Origin: an uncultured virus (IMG/VR IMGVR_UViG_3300029953_000003)
Taxonomy: Duplodnaviria > Heunggongvirae > Uroviricota > Caudoviricetes
IMG/VR virus record: IMGVR_UViG_3300029953_000003
Reading direction: 5' to 3' (one strand)
Length of the DNA: 30,533 nucleotides
Shown: positions 1 through 7,576 of the stretch, one piece after another
Numbering within the stretch: position 1 is the stretch's first letter
Layout: each line of letters begins with the position of its first letter
Program-made: the position numbers and the translations under genes
Notes under the pieces: generated by a model
What the model saw: the letters and a program-made list of their open reading frames with translations, nothing else
Databases searched by the model: none
What the model was told of the DNA's origin: nothing

Positions 1-344
1 TGGGGATCCGGGATCGGCACCAAGAGATCGCCGTGCGCGATGCGGCCGCGGAGGATGGTGTCGAGATCTTCGCCGGAGACCTCGAACGTGCCGATCTTGG
101 GGTTAGACGCCCACATGCACACGAGTTTGTGGTTGCCGGTGATGGGCACCGAGCAGCCGCCGGCGACGAGCGTGTACACTTTTCCGCTGAACGGGCGCCG
201 CGCGATCGTGAAGCGCCGGCCCACCGGCGACAGCGTGCGAGTCGCCTCGCTCCAGCCGCGGACGAGATCCGCGTTTGGATCGAGCGCCTCGACGGGGACC
301 CAGGTTCCATCCTCGACCTCGATTTGGACGCCGGGCGGGTGGCA
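1..344 (-). mobile_element. Intein N-terminal part (Hint blocks A and B) inserted in helicase motif III
   Basis: After VGDDDQ the expected SIY is replaced by CHPPGVQIEVEDGTWVPVEAL (block A, Cys1 codon 344-342), followed later by VPITGNHKL (block B TxxH). Confidence 0.9.
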
Positions 345-1586
345 CTGGTCGTCGTCACCAACCACGCACAGATTGTTCGACTCCTCCGAAAGAGCGCGCG
401 CGAGCCGGTACTGCACCTCGTTGACGTCCTGAAACTCGTCGACCAGGACGTGTCGAAACATGCGGCGAATCGCGCGCCCTGCATCCGAGATGCTCGTCTT
501 CCCTCCCGCGGCGCCACCCGTCGGAGCCGGAGGCCGCTTCAAATCGCTGCGCTCGCTGGGGGTAGCAGGAGCCTGGAAAAGCCCGCCCGTCTGCCCAGGC
601 TTGAGAGCTTCGGCGCGCTTTGCAGTGGCGGCTGCGTAGCGTTCCCGTCGAACGTCAGGAGACGGTTGGACCACCTGCGCCACCAAGGACGACGGCTCGC
701 ACATCGCGAGCACCTTGAGCAGCAGGTCGTCGAAGTCAACGGCGTTGGCCTCCGCAAGCTTCTCCTGGTAGGCCACGTAGAGATCGCGAAAAGCAACGTC
801 GCCCCTGGAAAGGCATCCGTCAAAGATCTCGGGGCCTTTCCCTGACTGCTTGAGGCTAGAAATACGGGCGAGAGCGCGGTCCGGAGACACCGCGTCGCCA
901 AGATCGAGCTGCTTGGCGGCGCGGCGAAGAACGCGCTTTTGATCGGTGGTGTCGTAGATCGAAAAGCCTGGACGAAGACCCGCCGCCTGGTGAAAACGGC
1001 GCAAGAGCCTGGCGCAGATGGCGTGGAACGTACCGACCCAAAGATCCTTGGAGGTGGGCCCAAGAGCTTTGTCGAATCGGGCGCGCATCTCCGCGGCCGC
1101 CTTGTTCGTGAAGGTGACCGCGAGAATCGCGAACGTCGGCACCGCTTCGGCGATCACCAGGTGCGCCACGCGATGAACCAGGACGCGCGTCTTCCCGACA
1201 CCGGCGCCTGCGAGCATGAGGAAGGGCCCGTTGACATGCGCGACGGCTTCCCGCTGCGCATCGTTCAGGTCTGCGTCGCCCAGCGCCTCGGGGAGCTCAT
1301 CGAACTGCCCCGTGTAGTCGGTCTTCGAAAGCGGGAAGCTTGGTGTCTCCTCGGCCCCAACGCCCCCCGCCAGGGCCAGTGAATCTGGACCCTGCGACTC
1401 ACGATGTTCGGTCAAAAAAGAACTCGCGTCTGAATCGACATGCGCGACCGTGCCGCCAACGGCGTTGCTACCGATCGACTGCCCATCGATCGCACCGGCG
1501 ATCTCGGCTTGAAGCTCCGCCTCGATGGATTCCGCAAGAGCCAAACGGTCCTCGTCGGAGGCGTCATCATAGTCCTGGGCGTTCAT
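1..1586 (-). CDS. pcrA: PcrA/UvrD/Rep superfamily-1 DNA helicase, 5' part, intein-containing, truncated by the window edge
   Basis: Manual translation from ATG 1586 is open to the edge. It contains LNDAQREAV (Q motif), LAGAGVGKT (Walker A), AVTFTNKAAAEMRAR, VGTFHAIC, VDFDDLL, VLVDEFQD (Walker B) and VGDDDQ (motif III). Absent from the ORF track because the window holds no stop codon. Confidence 0.95.
   Translation of the reverse strand, partial: MNAQDYDDASDEDRLALAESIEAELQAEIAGAIDGQSIGSNAVGGTVAHVDSDASSFLTEHRESQGPDSLALAGGVGAEETPSFPLSKTDYTGQFDELPEALGDADLNDAQREAVAHVNGPFLMLAGAGVGKTRVLVHRVAHLVIAEAVPTFAILAVTFTNKAAAEMRARFDKALGPTSKDLWVGTFHAICARLLRRFHQAAGLRPGFSIYDTTDQKRVLRRAAKQLDLGDAVSPDRALARISSLKQSGKGPEIFDGCLSRGDVAFRDLYVAYQEKLAEANAVDFDDLLLKVLAMCEPSSLVAQVVQPSPDVRRERYAAATAKRAEALKPGQTGGLFQAPATPSERSDLKRPPAPTGGAAGGKTSISDAGRAIRRMFRHVLVDEFQDVNEVQYRLARALSEESNNLCVVGDDDQCHPPGVQIEVEDGTWVPVEALDPNADLVRGWSEATRTLSPVGRRFTIARRPFSGKVYTLVAGGCSVPITGNHKLVCMWASNPKIGTFEVSGEDLDTILRGRIAHGDLLVPIPDP
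1353..1410 (-). repeat. Dispersed double-hairpin repeat R1 (degenerate), in frame in the helicase N-terminal extension
   Basis: Minus strand CGAACATCGTGAGTCGCAGGGTCCAGATTCACTGGCCCTGGCGGGGGGCGTTGGGGCC, translated as EHRESQGPDSLALAGGVGA. Confidence 0.85.
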
Positions 1587-1673
1587 CTCAAGAATGACCT
1601 TCTGCCAGGTACGGTGAAGCGTCAAGCCTCAAGCGGGTGGAACGGCACGAGCTCGGGCCCAAGGCACGAACGC

Positions 1674-1706
1674 AAAAAAAGAGCCCACGGTTTCCCGAGG
1701 GGCTCT
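1674..1706 (-). terminator. Intrinsic terminator
   Basis: Minus strand AGAGCCCCTCGG-GAAA-CCGTGGGCTC followed by T7. Confidence 0.8.
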
Positions 1707-1825
1707 GGAAGAGCGTTACCGCACTCCGCGAGTGGCAGGGCAAAAGCTATCGCATCGCCGGCATCGTGTCAGGCTGAAGAATGCTTCAGCCCCCCCCCTC
1801 CCAGGCTCCGTGGCTGCCGGAATAG

Positions 1826-1858
1826 AAAAAGCCCCCGTATCCTGGAATACGGGGGCTT
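1826..1858 (-). terminator. Intrinsic terminator
   Basis: Minus strand GCCCCCGTAT-TCCAGG-ATACGGGGGC (10-bp stem) followed by TTTTTCT. Confidence 0.85.
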
Positions 1859-2071
1859 GGGCGACACCATCCGCGCCCGCCGAGCGGTCCCCGCTTTCGC
1901 GGCCTGCCTCGACGGACCACGACCCTCACAGAGCGGAGGATGGCCCTTCCCGCCTGAACAGCGGGACGTCGCGCTGGGCTTGCTGTCCCAACTATGCGCT
2001 CCCTTGGTTTGCTGTGCAAGCCCACGCGTGACGCATCGAAATCCAAGTAGCGGAGCCAGAAAGCGTCGGGC

Positions 2072-2101
2072 TTGACAGACAAGGGCGTCCGACCTTATCG
2101 T
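2072..2101 (+). promoter_or_regulatory. Sigma70-type promoter of the PTH2/tRNA-like cassette
   Basis: TTGACA (2072), 18 nt, TATCGT (2096), with an ATG 6 nt downstream at 2108. Confidence 0.7.
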
Positions 2102-2159
2102 TTGGGCATGAACCTCTCGTCCATACTCTGAAGCGGCTGCTCCGCCGCCCGCTGCTGTC

Positions 2160-2492
2160 GTGCCCGATGCAGCGCCTGCCCTCTGCCACTACGCGATCGT
2201 GCGGATGGACCTCCCTCTCGGGGTGCTCTGCGCGCAGCTTCTCCACGCCGGAGGCGAGTCCTCCGCCGGCAACCTTCCGCCTGGCACCACGGCCGTCGTC
2301 CTCGGCGTGCCGGATGAAGCCGCCCTCGAGATCGTCGCGAAGAAGCTGACGCTCGCAGGAACCGCTTTCGTGCGCATCGTGGAAGATGACGCGCCGTACT
2401 CGAACCAACTCATGGCCATCGGCTGCGTCCCCGGACGCAAGAAGGAGGTCGGCCGCGCGCTGCGTGGCCTCGAGCTGCTGCGAGGGGAGTGA
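2160..2492 (+). CDS. PTH2-family (peptidyl-tRNA hydrolase II / PTRHD1-like) protein; start uncertain
   Basis: HYAIVRMDL..GVLCAQLLHA, AVVLGVPDEAAL, MAIGCVPGRKKEV..LRGLELL match the PTH2 pattern (VRxDL..GxxxAQxxHA..VVL..AIGxxP..LxLL). Confidence 0.85.
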   Translation: MPDAAPALCHYAIVRMDLPLGVLCAQLLHAGGESSAGNLPPGTTAVVLGVPDEAALEIVAKKLTLAGTAFVRIVEDDAPYSNQLMAIGCVPGRKKEVGRALRGLELLRGE

Positions 2493-2500
2493 TTCAGTCA

Positions 2501-2573
2501 GGGCCGGTAGCTCAGAAGTAGAGCGCCGAGGCGCAAGCCTCGGAGGTTGCACGTTCAAGTCGTGCCCGGCCCA
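2501..2573 (+). tRNA. tRNA-like RNA 1 (pseudo-tRNA; anticodon arm is a 7-bp stem with a GCAA tetraloop)
   Basis: Acceptor GGGCCGG/CCGGCCC, D arm GCTC-AGAAGTA-GAGC, CCGAGGC-GCAA-GCCTCGG, T arm GCACG-TTCAAGT-CGTGC. No encoded CCA. Confidence 0.85.
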
Positions 2574-2577
2574 CGAA

Positions 2578-2650
2578 GGGCCTTAGCTCAGTTGGTAGAG
2601 CAGGATCTCGTATAATTTCCTGGTCGCGGGTTCGAGTCCCGCAGGGCCCA
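2578..2650 (+). tRNA. tRNA-like RNA 2 (irregular anticodon arm, no assignable anticodon)
   Basis: Acceptor GGGCCTT/AGGGCCC, D arm GCTC-AGTTGGTA-GAGC, T arm GCGGG-TTCGAGT-CCCGC. Anticodon region AGGA-TCTCGTATAATT-TCCT. One nucleotide is missing between the acceptor and D stems. Confidence 0.8.
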
Positions 2651-2654
2651 CCCC

Positions 2655-2724
2655 GCGCTTTTTCAGTGGTTGATTGGACCGGAGGTATACCGGGACAAGG
2701 ATGGTTCGATCCCCTCAAAGCGCG
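2655..2724 (+). tRNA. tRNA-like RNA 3 (degenerate)
   Basis: Acceptor GCGCTTT/AAAGCGC, D-like CAGT-GGTTG-ATTG, CCGG-AGGTATA-CCGG (loop lacks U33), T arm GATGG-TTCGATC-CCCTC with one mismatch. Confidence 0.6.
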
Positions 2725-2776
2725 CCGCCAAAAGCTCCGGTGAAAAGTAGAAGCCGCAGAGCCAGCTCGGCGTAGA

Positions 2777-3397
2777 CTATCGCTTTTTCTTGACGGAACG
2801 CATGGTCGCCTCGACCCAGTCGGCAAGAATCAGAGGGACAGTGCCCGAGACAAGAACACGACCTCCAGCGCCTCGGGAAGCGTAGCCAGCCGAGCGAGTC
2901 TTTTCGATCGCCCTTCGCGCGATCTCATCGAGACCGCGCTCGTGACCTACACTCCAGTCTGCGCGGCTCCACGGAACGAACGTCGCGTCCCCATGCCAAG
3001 GTGTCGTGACGATCACGGAGTAACCATGAACGCGTGGAGCCGAATCCCTTCGCGAAGAAGGATGGCTCGTCGGATCGTGATCGAGCAACGCCTCTCCGAT
3101 CGCTGCTTGAACGTGGCCCGAGTATCGCAGCCCAGCTACGCCAGGTCCAGGCTCTGGGGTGGGCAAGACACGCCCCTTGGCGTTGTAATGACGGATTGCC
3201 CTATCTTTCAAGAGACGGCCCATGACAAGGGGCCCCTCCAGCGTTGCGCTCGTCTCGTAGGCCACGCACGCTTCCACAGCCTCCTCGACCGTATGAGGAA
3301 CCTCCTCCCAGCTCGTGAGTGCAGCCCTGTCGTTCTTGTTCATCTTGGTCGAGCCCACGCGCGCGAGCTTGACTTTCCATAGCTGTTGGTCGGCCAT
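2777..3397 (-). CDS. Hypothetical protein
   Basis: 206-aa ORF. ATG 3397 is preceded by CTGACA-17 nt-TAGTCT-6 nt. Confidence 0.75.
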   Translation of the reverse strand: MADQQLWKVKLARVGSTKMNKNDRAALTSWEEVPHTVEEAVEACVAYETSATLEGPLVMGRLLKDRAIRHYNAKGRVLPTPEPGPGVAGLRYSGHVQAAIGEALLDHDPTSHPSSRRDSAPRVHGYSVIVTTPWHGDATFVPWSRADWSVGHERGLDEIARRAIEKTRSAGYASRGAGGRVLVSGTVPLILADWVEATMRSVKKKR

Positions 3398-3428
3398 GCG
3401 CAAAGACTACCCGAAAACGCTCGGGCTG

Positions 3429-4091
3429 TCAGTTGCCCGTGACGCACCGCTGAGAAAGGAAAGCCTTCGCAAGAAACGTCGCGTAGGCGGGCGGAATGGC
3501 CTGCGACAAGCGCCCGAGGCTCATCCACGAGATCCCCATCGCGCGTCGCTGCACGTCGAGCGGAATACGGTAGACGCCGACCTCGACCGTCTTTCTCAAA
3601 TTTGTCCGGTTCGTGGCGCACGCAAATCTGGGCGTCCATCGACCGTGGTCACACGGAGGCGCAACCACCTGGAAACTCGTCTCGAATCCTCTATGGCGCT
3701 TCACGTCGAGCCCAAACATCGACCCGCAGAGGATGATCGGAGACTCAAGCGGCGCTCCAGGGACGTTCTCGATGACGTGAGGCGTGCCGTGCTCCCGCAG
3801 CCGCGCACGAACGTCCGGGATCTGATTTTCGACAGGCCGAACATGGTTGGGTCGTCTCTTGTACGCCGTGAAGGCTTGGCACTTAGGCGATGCCCAAATC
3901 AGATCGAATCCATCAAGCGGGTACGCCAACGCGTCGTCCTGTACAAACGTGAAAGGATATTCAGGCTGCGGCTCAATGTCCACTCCGACGACATCAAACC
4001 CAGCTTTGACGAGACCATCAGATGCCCCCCCCGCACCGCAAAAAAGATCGAGCGCGCGCAATTTTTTCACGTATATACCGTCAACTTTCAT
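3429..4091 (-). CDS. DNA cytosine-C5 methyltransferase (short phage type)
   Basis: LDLFCGAGG (motif I), WASPKCQ (motif IV catalytic Cys), VIENV (motif VI), C-terminal SQAIPP. Confidence 0.9.
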   Translation of the reverse strand: MKVDGIYVKKLRALDLFCGAGGASDGLVKAGFDVVGVDIEPQPEYPFTFVQDDALAYPLDGFDLIWASPKCQAFTAYKRRPNHVRPVENQIPDVRARLREHGTPHVIENVPGAPLESPIILCGSMFGLDVKRHRGFETSFQVVAPPCDHGRWTPRFACATNRTNLRKTVEVGVYRIPLDVQRRAMGISWMSLGRLSQAIPPAYATFLAKAFLSQRCVTGN

Positions 4092-4116
4092 GAATGTTCT
4101 ACGAACGAGCGCGCCA

Positions 4117-4536
4117 TCAACTTTTGGCCGTCATCCTCATGACAAAAGAAAGCTTTCCGCGCACAAGATCAAGCTCCTTCGTCGCGAGCTCGATCTCCTT
4201 CGCCAGGCTCTCCGCGCGTGATTCGGCATTATCGGCACGATTCCGCTCAATCTCGAGCTCTTTTAGCGCTGCCACGGCGATCGATGCGGCCACCGGCGGA
4301 TCGTGGGAAGCGATCGCTAAAGTCTCTTCCGCGTCGGTGTGCTTGGCGAGCGCCTTCGCGCGGATGCCAAGAGCAGAGGCGAAAAGAGCAATCACTCCCG
4401 CCGTGACCTGAAGCTCCCCAGACAGGTAGAGCGAGATCACGTGGCCTTCAATGCCCGATAGGCGAGAGAGATCGCTCTGCCCCATGTCGGCGTCCCCCAT
4501 GAGTCGGCCGAGACGCCCACGAAACGTCTCCTTCAC
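4117..4536 (-). CDS. XRE-family HTH regulator with C-terminal coiled coil
   Basis: MGQSDLSRLSGIEGHVISLYLSG..IALFASALGI, followed by an E/A/K-rich helix. Confidence 0.75.
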   Translation of the reverse strand: MKETFRGRLGRLMGDADMGQSDLSRLSGIEGHVISLYLSGELQVTAGVIALFASALGIRAKALAKHTDAEETLAIASHDPPVAASIAVAALKELEIERNRADNAESRAESLAKEIELATKELDLVRGKLSFVMRMTAKS

Positions 4537-4976
4537 AGCGCCTCCAGCATGCGCCTGGCGGCATCGACAGCCGCCGTGACGTCTTCGTAGTCAACGCAGT
4601 CGCAGCCGTGATGCCCGCGCATGTGCTCGTGAGCCTCGACAAACTTGCGCAAGACGTCCGCTACCGGCCACGGCGAGTCGTACCCCAGCGTCACTCGCAG
4701 CGCCTTCAGCTCGGTCGCGAGGCGCTCGAGCACGTCAGCCCGATCCTTCGCATGCTCACGATCGAGGCGGTGAGAAAGCTCGGCGTCACGAGCAAGGCCA
4801 AGAAAGTAAATCGTGTTCTGGCGAGCCGCCGCGTTGGCCTCCCGCTGGGCGAGGAGCGCGTCAATGCACTGCCCAGGGGCGTCGTGCTTCTGCATCACGC
4901 GCGCGACGGCGCTCGCGCTCGCAGGGTCCACCACAAGCCCGCAGCGCACGCAGTTGCCGATGGGCTCATCCTTCAT
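4533..4976 (-). CDS. Hypothetical protein (CxxC near the N-terminus)
   Basis: 147-aa ORF with 4-nt start/stop overlaps on both sides. Confidence 0.7.
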   Translation of the reverse strand: MKDEPIGNCVRCGLVVDPASASAVARVMQKHDAPGQCIDALLAQREANAAARQNTIYFLGLARDAELSHRLDREHAKDRADVLERLATELKALRVTLGYDSPWPVADVLRKFVEAHEHMRGHHGCDCVDYEDVTAAVDAARRMLEAL

Positions 4977-5647
4977 GCGCCACTACCTTGCTTGACCATC
5001 CGCGCCACCGTCGCCGGGTCGTCGACGCGCACCGGGCCAGCGTCAGGCTCTCCTGCGCCATGCTCTTCCCGGTAGGCATAGAACTCTGCGGCGAGGTCGC
5101 TCACGTCATGAGCAAATAGAGGATCAAGGCCAAGATCCTCCGCGGCGACCGAGTAAGCCATGAGGGCGGCCGGCGCTGCCGGATCACGAGCCCCGAGCAC
5201 GAAAAAAGGATGCTCGAAAACCGTCCCATCGCGCCGGAGGACAAGGTACTTGCCTCCGTCGATCCCGCCCTTCCGCCACAGCCCAATCTTGCGCCCGTCG
5301 CCTTGCTCGGCCTCCGCGCTCACCTCAGCCTTTCTCAAGGTCTCCGGAGACCTATGCGCCGTCTGCACAAGGATCGCCCACGCGATCCTCTCCGCCGTCA
5401 CGGTGTCTTCATCGACCGTGAAGAGCACACAGCGGGCCCCGCCCTCGGGCGGCGTACCGATTGCGCCGTTGACCCACACGATCTCCGAGACCGTCTCGGC
5501 GCAGTCCACGTCACCCCAGCGCCCGCAGGCGTAGACCCTCTCGCCTCCCTGAAGCGTGGCCTCGAAATACCCCGCCACCCCGCGATCCGCAGCAACCAGT
5601 GCGTGAAGGTGTACCTCGACCCCAACTCCGCGAACACTAACTCGCAT
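4973..5647 (-). CDS. Phage-type hypothetical protein
   Basis: AAGGAG upstream of ATG 5647. C-terminal GKYLVLRRDG..FFVLGARDPAAPAALMAY segment recalled from phage hypotheticals. Confidence 0.7.
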   Translation of the reverse strand: MRVSVRGVGVEVHLHALVAADRGVAGYFEATLQGGERVYACGRWGDVDCAETVSEIVWVNGAIGTPPEGGARCVLFTVDEDTVTAERIAWAILVQTAHRSPETLRKAEVSAEAEQGDGRKIGLWRKGGIDGGKYLVLRRDGTVFEHPFFVLGARDPAAPAALMAYSVAAEDLGLDPLFAHDVSDLAAEFYAYREEHGAGEPDAGPVRVDDPATVARMVKQGSGA

Positions 5648-5676
5648 GGACTGGCTCCTTTGGCGCGCCGTGCGCT

Positions 5677-6021
5677 TCAAACGTCACGCTTCACGCCGCA
5701 GAACGGACAGTAGTTCAGCGCAACGAGGTGTCCAGCGCGACCCCTCCCCGTGCGGTAGTAGACACCAGACGATGCGCCGCCCCTGCCGTCGCCCTTGCTT
5801 CTGAATGAGAAACCAAGAACGATTCCGGCCCCAGGCCGCGCCCCGAAGTGAGCCTCCGTTTCGTCGAGAACGAGCCTGAGCAAGCCGCAGATCGCCCCAG
5901 GGCTGCACTCTGCTGGCCCACTGACCTTCGCCCCCGTTGGAGACGAAAGGCTCGCGGACTGTTCCCCATCCGCGTCAGGCTTCGGTGCGATCGACGCGCC
6001 AGTGCCAACGGAGCCCTTCAC
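5677..6021 (-). CDS. Hypothetical protein with C-terminal LNYCPFCG zinc knuckle
   Basis: GTGA overlap with the upstream gene; CPFCG motif. Confidence 0.7.
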   Translation of the reverse strand: MKGSVGTGASIAPKPDADGEQSASLSSPTGAKVSGPAECSPGAICGLLRLVLDETEAHFGARPGAGIVLGFSFRSKGDGRGGASSGVYYRTGRGRAGHLVALNYCPFCGVKRDV

Positions 6022-7082
6022 GACCGCCCCAAAAGGCCGAGGACGTGGAAGAGCGTCTCGGCGCGGGCAGCGGCAAGAGCGCGGGCCTCCGCGGATACGC
6101 CGATGCGATCCGCCTCGACGGTGGCCGCCTCGTGCCAGAGCTCGACCGTCTCGGCGACGTCGTGGTAGCGGTAGGCGCGAAAGCCCGCGAGAGCCTCCCG
6201 GCCGCGACGCAAGAGACGATCCGCGAAAGAGTCACGGCGAGCGACTTCGCTGAGCGTGCGATCGGGCGCGGTGGAGGCCACCAAGCGAGACACGCGATCG
6301 AGCTCGGTCGCTGCGCCACGAAGCGCCTCGACCATCGAGCAGGCGAAGTCGTCGGAGACGTAGCCGTCTCCTGACTCGATGCTGTCGGCATAGGCGGCCA
6401 GGAGCCATGCCGTCGATCCTTTTTTGAATTGGGGCCACGCGTCGAGCCCGCTCGCCCAGGTCTCCGCAGCGCCCGCGTAAGGCGCAAGCGGCAGGCCGAT
6501 GGTGATGAGCCGATCCCACAGGGCGCGATAGGGACGCACCTGCGGCGCGATGTAGGTGATATCGGAGACCATCTTCTGCCGCGACGCCCAGGTCACGTGG
6601 ACCTGCTCCTGTACCTGCCCGAGCGCCGCTGCAATTCGCCTTTCGACAAGGATCTTGCAGGACGAATCGGACCTGCGCAGCGTTTGCAGGACCAGGCCCT
6701 CGGAGAGGAGCGCCTCGAGATCCAGATCTCCCGCATGCCGACGAAGAAATTCGCCGACCTTCGCGGGATGGTCGAGATCGCGCCGTGACCTGCGCAGCTC
6801 TCTCGCAAGGCGCCCAGCCTTTGCCATGCGCGGAAAGCGAAGAAGCTCTTCGGTGATGTCGTCAACGAGATCGAAGGCATAGAAGTCATGCGCCGCGCGG
6901 CGCATGACTGCGACCACGTTCCTGTAAAGAGGATCGGGCGCCTTCGAGCTCCTCTCCTCGAGAAAGTCAGCGTAGGTCATCAGGAACCGCGGGGTGGACC
7001 CGATGTCGAAGTCCTTTCGCGCCTTGTGCCCCTCGACATCCTCTGTACCACCCGCCTTTCGCCCGCTCAGCGTCTCGGTCAT
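6018..7082 (-). CDS. Hypothetical protein
   Basis: 354-aa ORF. TTGACG lies 35 nt upstream of the ATG. Confidence 0.8.
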   Translation of the reverse strand: MTETLSGRKAGGTEDVEGHKARKDFDIGSTPRFLMTYADFLEERSSKAPDPLYRNVVAVMRRAAHDFYAFDLVDDITEELLRFPRMAKAGRLARELRRSRRDLDHPAKVGEFLRRHAGDLDLEALLSEGLVLQTLRRSDSSCKILVERRIAAALGQVQEQVHVTWASRQKMVSDITYIAPQVRPYRALWDRLITIGLPLAPYAGAAETWASGLDAWPQFKKGSTAWLLAAYADSIESGDGYVSDDFACSMVEALRGAATELDRVSRLVASTAPDRTLSEVARRDSFADRLLRRGREALAGFRAYRYHDVAETVELWHEAATVEADRIGVSAEARALAAARAETLFHVLGLLGRS

Positions 7083-7137
7083 CTGCGAACCTGAACACGC
7101 TGCGCTAGAAGCGTCAAGCGCGAAGCGTTATCGACGC

Positions 7138-7479
7138 TCAGGACATCTTGAGCCTGCGGCTCGCCTCTTCAGCCTTGGGGCGGCTCGACTTGATGAGCGC
7201 GTACAAGTTGAGCGAATCAAAACCAGGCCAGTCGCCACCACGAAGACAGATTTCGGCCTTCTCGTGACAATTTGCTTTGCAAAGCGCAATTCCGTTCTCA
7301 TGGACGTAGCCACCGTTGGGCATCAGCTCGCGGGGCGTGATGTGGTGCGCGTCGAGAAGAGCCTCAGCGGAGCCCGCCGAAGCGACAACCCGGCACCCAG
7401 GGCCCTGGCAACGGTACCGCGCTCGAACGAAAACGGCGTCGCGGAAAAGTGCTCGGGTCTTCTTCTGCTTCTCGCTCAT
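7138..7479 (-). CDS. HNH endonuclease
   Basis: FRDAVFVRARYRCQGPGC..LDAHHITPR..NGIALCKANCHEKAE. SD-like GAAGG before ATG 7479. Confidence 0.88.
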   Translation of the reverse strand: MSEKQKKTRALFRDAVFVRARYRCQGPGCRVVASAGSAEALLDAHHITPRELMPNGGYVHENGIALCKANCHEKAEICLRGGDWPGFDSLNLYALIKSSRPKAEEASRRLKMS

Positions 7480-7498
7480 GACCGCCTTCTCATTCCTC

Positions 7499-7566
7499 GC
7501 GAACATCGTGAGCCGCGGGGTCCAGGGCCCAGGCCCTGGCGCGGGGGTCGGGGGCACGCAGCCTCC
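7499..7566 (+). repeat. Repeat R2 (intergenic, upstream of the HNH gene)
   Basis: GCGAACATCGTGAGCCGCGGGGTCCAGGGCCCAGGCCCTGGCGCGGGGGTCGGGGGCACGCAGCCTCC. Confidence 0.95.
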
Positions 7567-7576
7567 ATGCCTTTCC

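Noticed and set aside
576..593. QTGGLF as a beta-clamp-binding motif in the helicase insert
   Set aside because: Poor match to the QL[SD]LF consensus and cannot be supported without homologues.
33..1382. Plus-strand ORFs 33-845 and 939-1382, and other long plus-strand ORFs such as 3315-4142, 13182-14195, 15673-16809, 19398-20372 and 28510-29367
   Set aside because: They are antisense shadows of motif-bearing minus-strand genes in high-GC DNA, Arg-rich and without recognisable motifs.
1975..2020. c-di-GMP-I riboswitch-like words (GCAAACC..GGGAC..AAGCC) on the minus strand
   Set aside because: The GNRA-capped P2 and the tetraloop-receptor P3 could not be built. Kept only as part of a generic ncRNA candidate.
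2549..2601. YrlA-type circularly permuted Y RNA (T arm, GGCCC-ACGAA-GGGCC hairpin, D arm)
   Set aside because: The hairpin is explained by similar acceptor stems of two adjacent tRNA-like units, and no Ro/TROVE gene is present in the window.
2501..2724. Assigning amino-acid identities (Cys-GCA, Ile/Met-CAT, Tyr-GTA) to the three tRNA-like RNAs
   Set aside because: None has a canonical 5-bp stem with a 7-nt loop and U33, so any anticodon call would be arbitrary.
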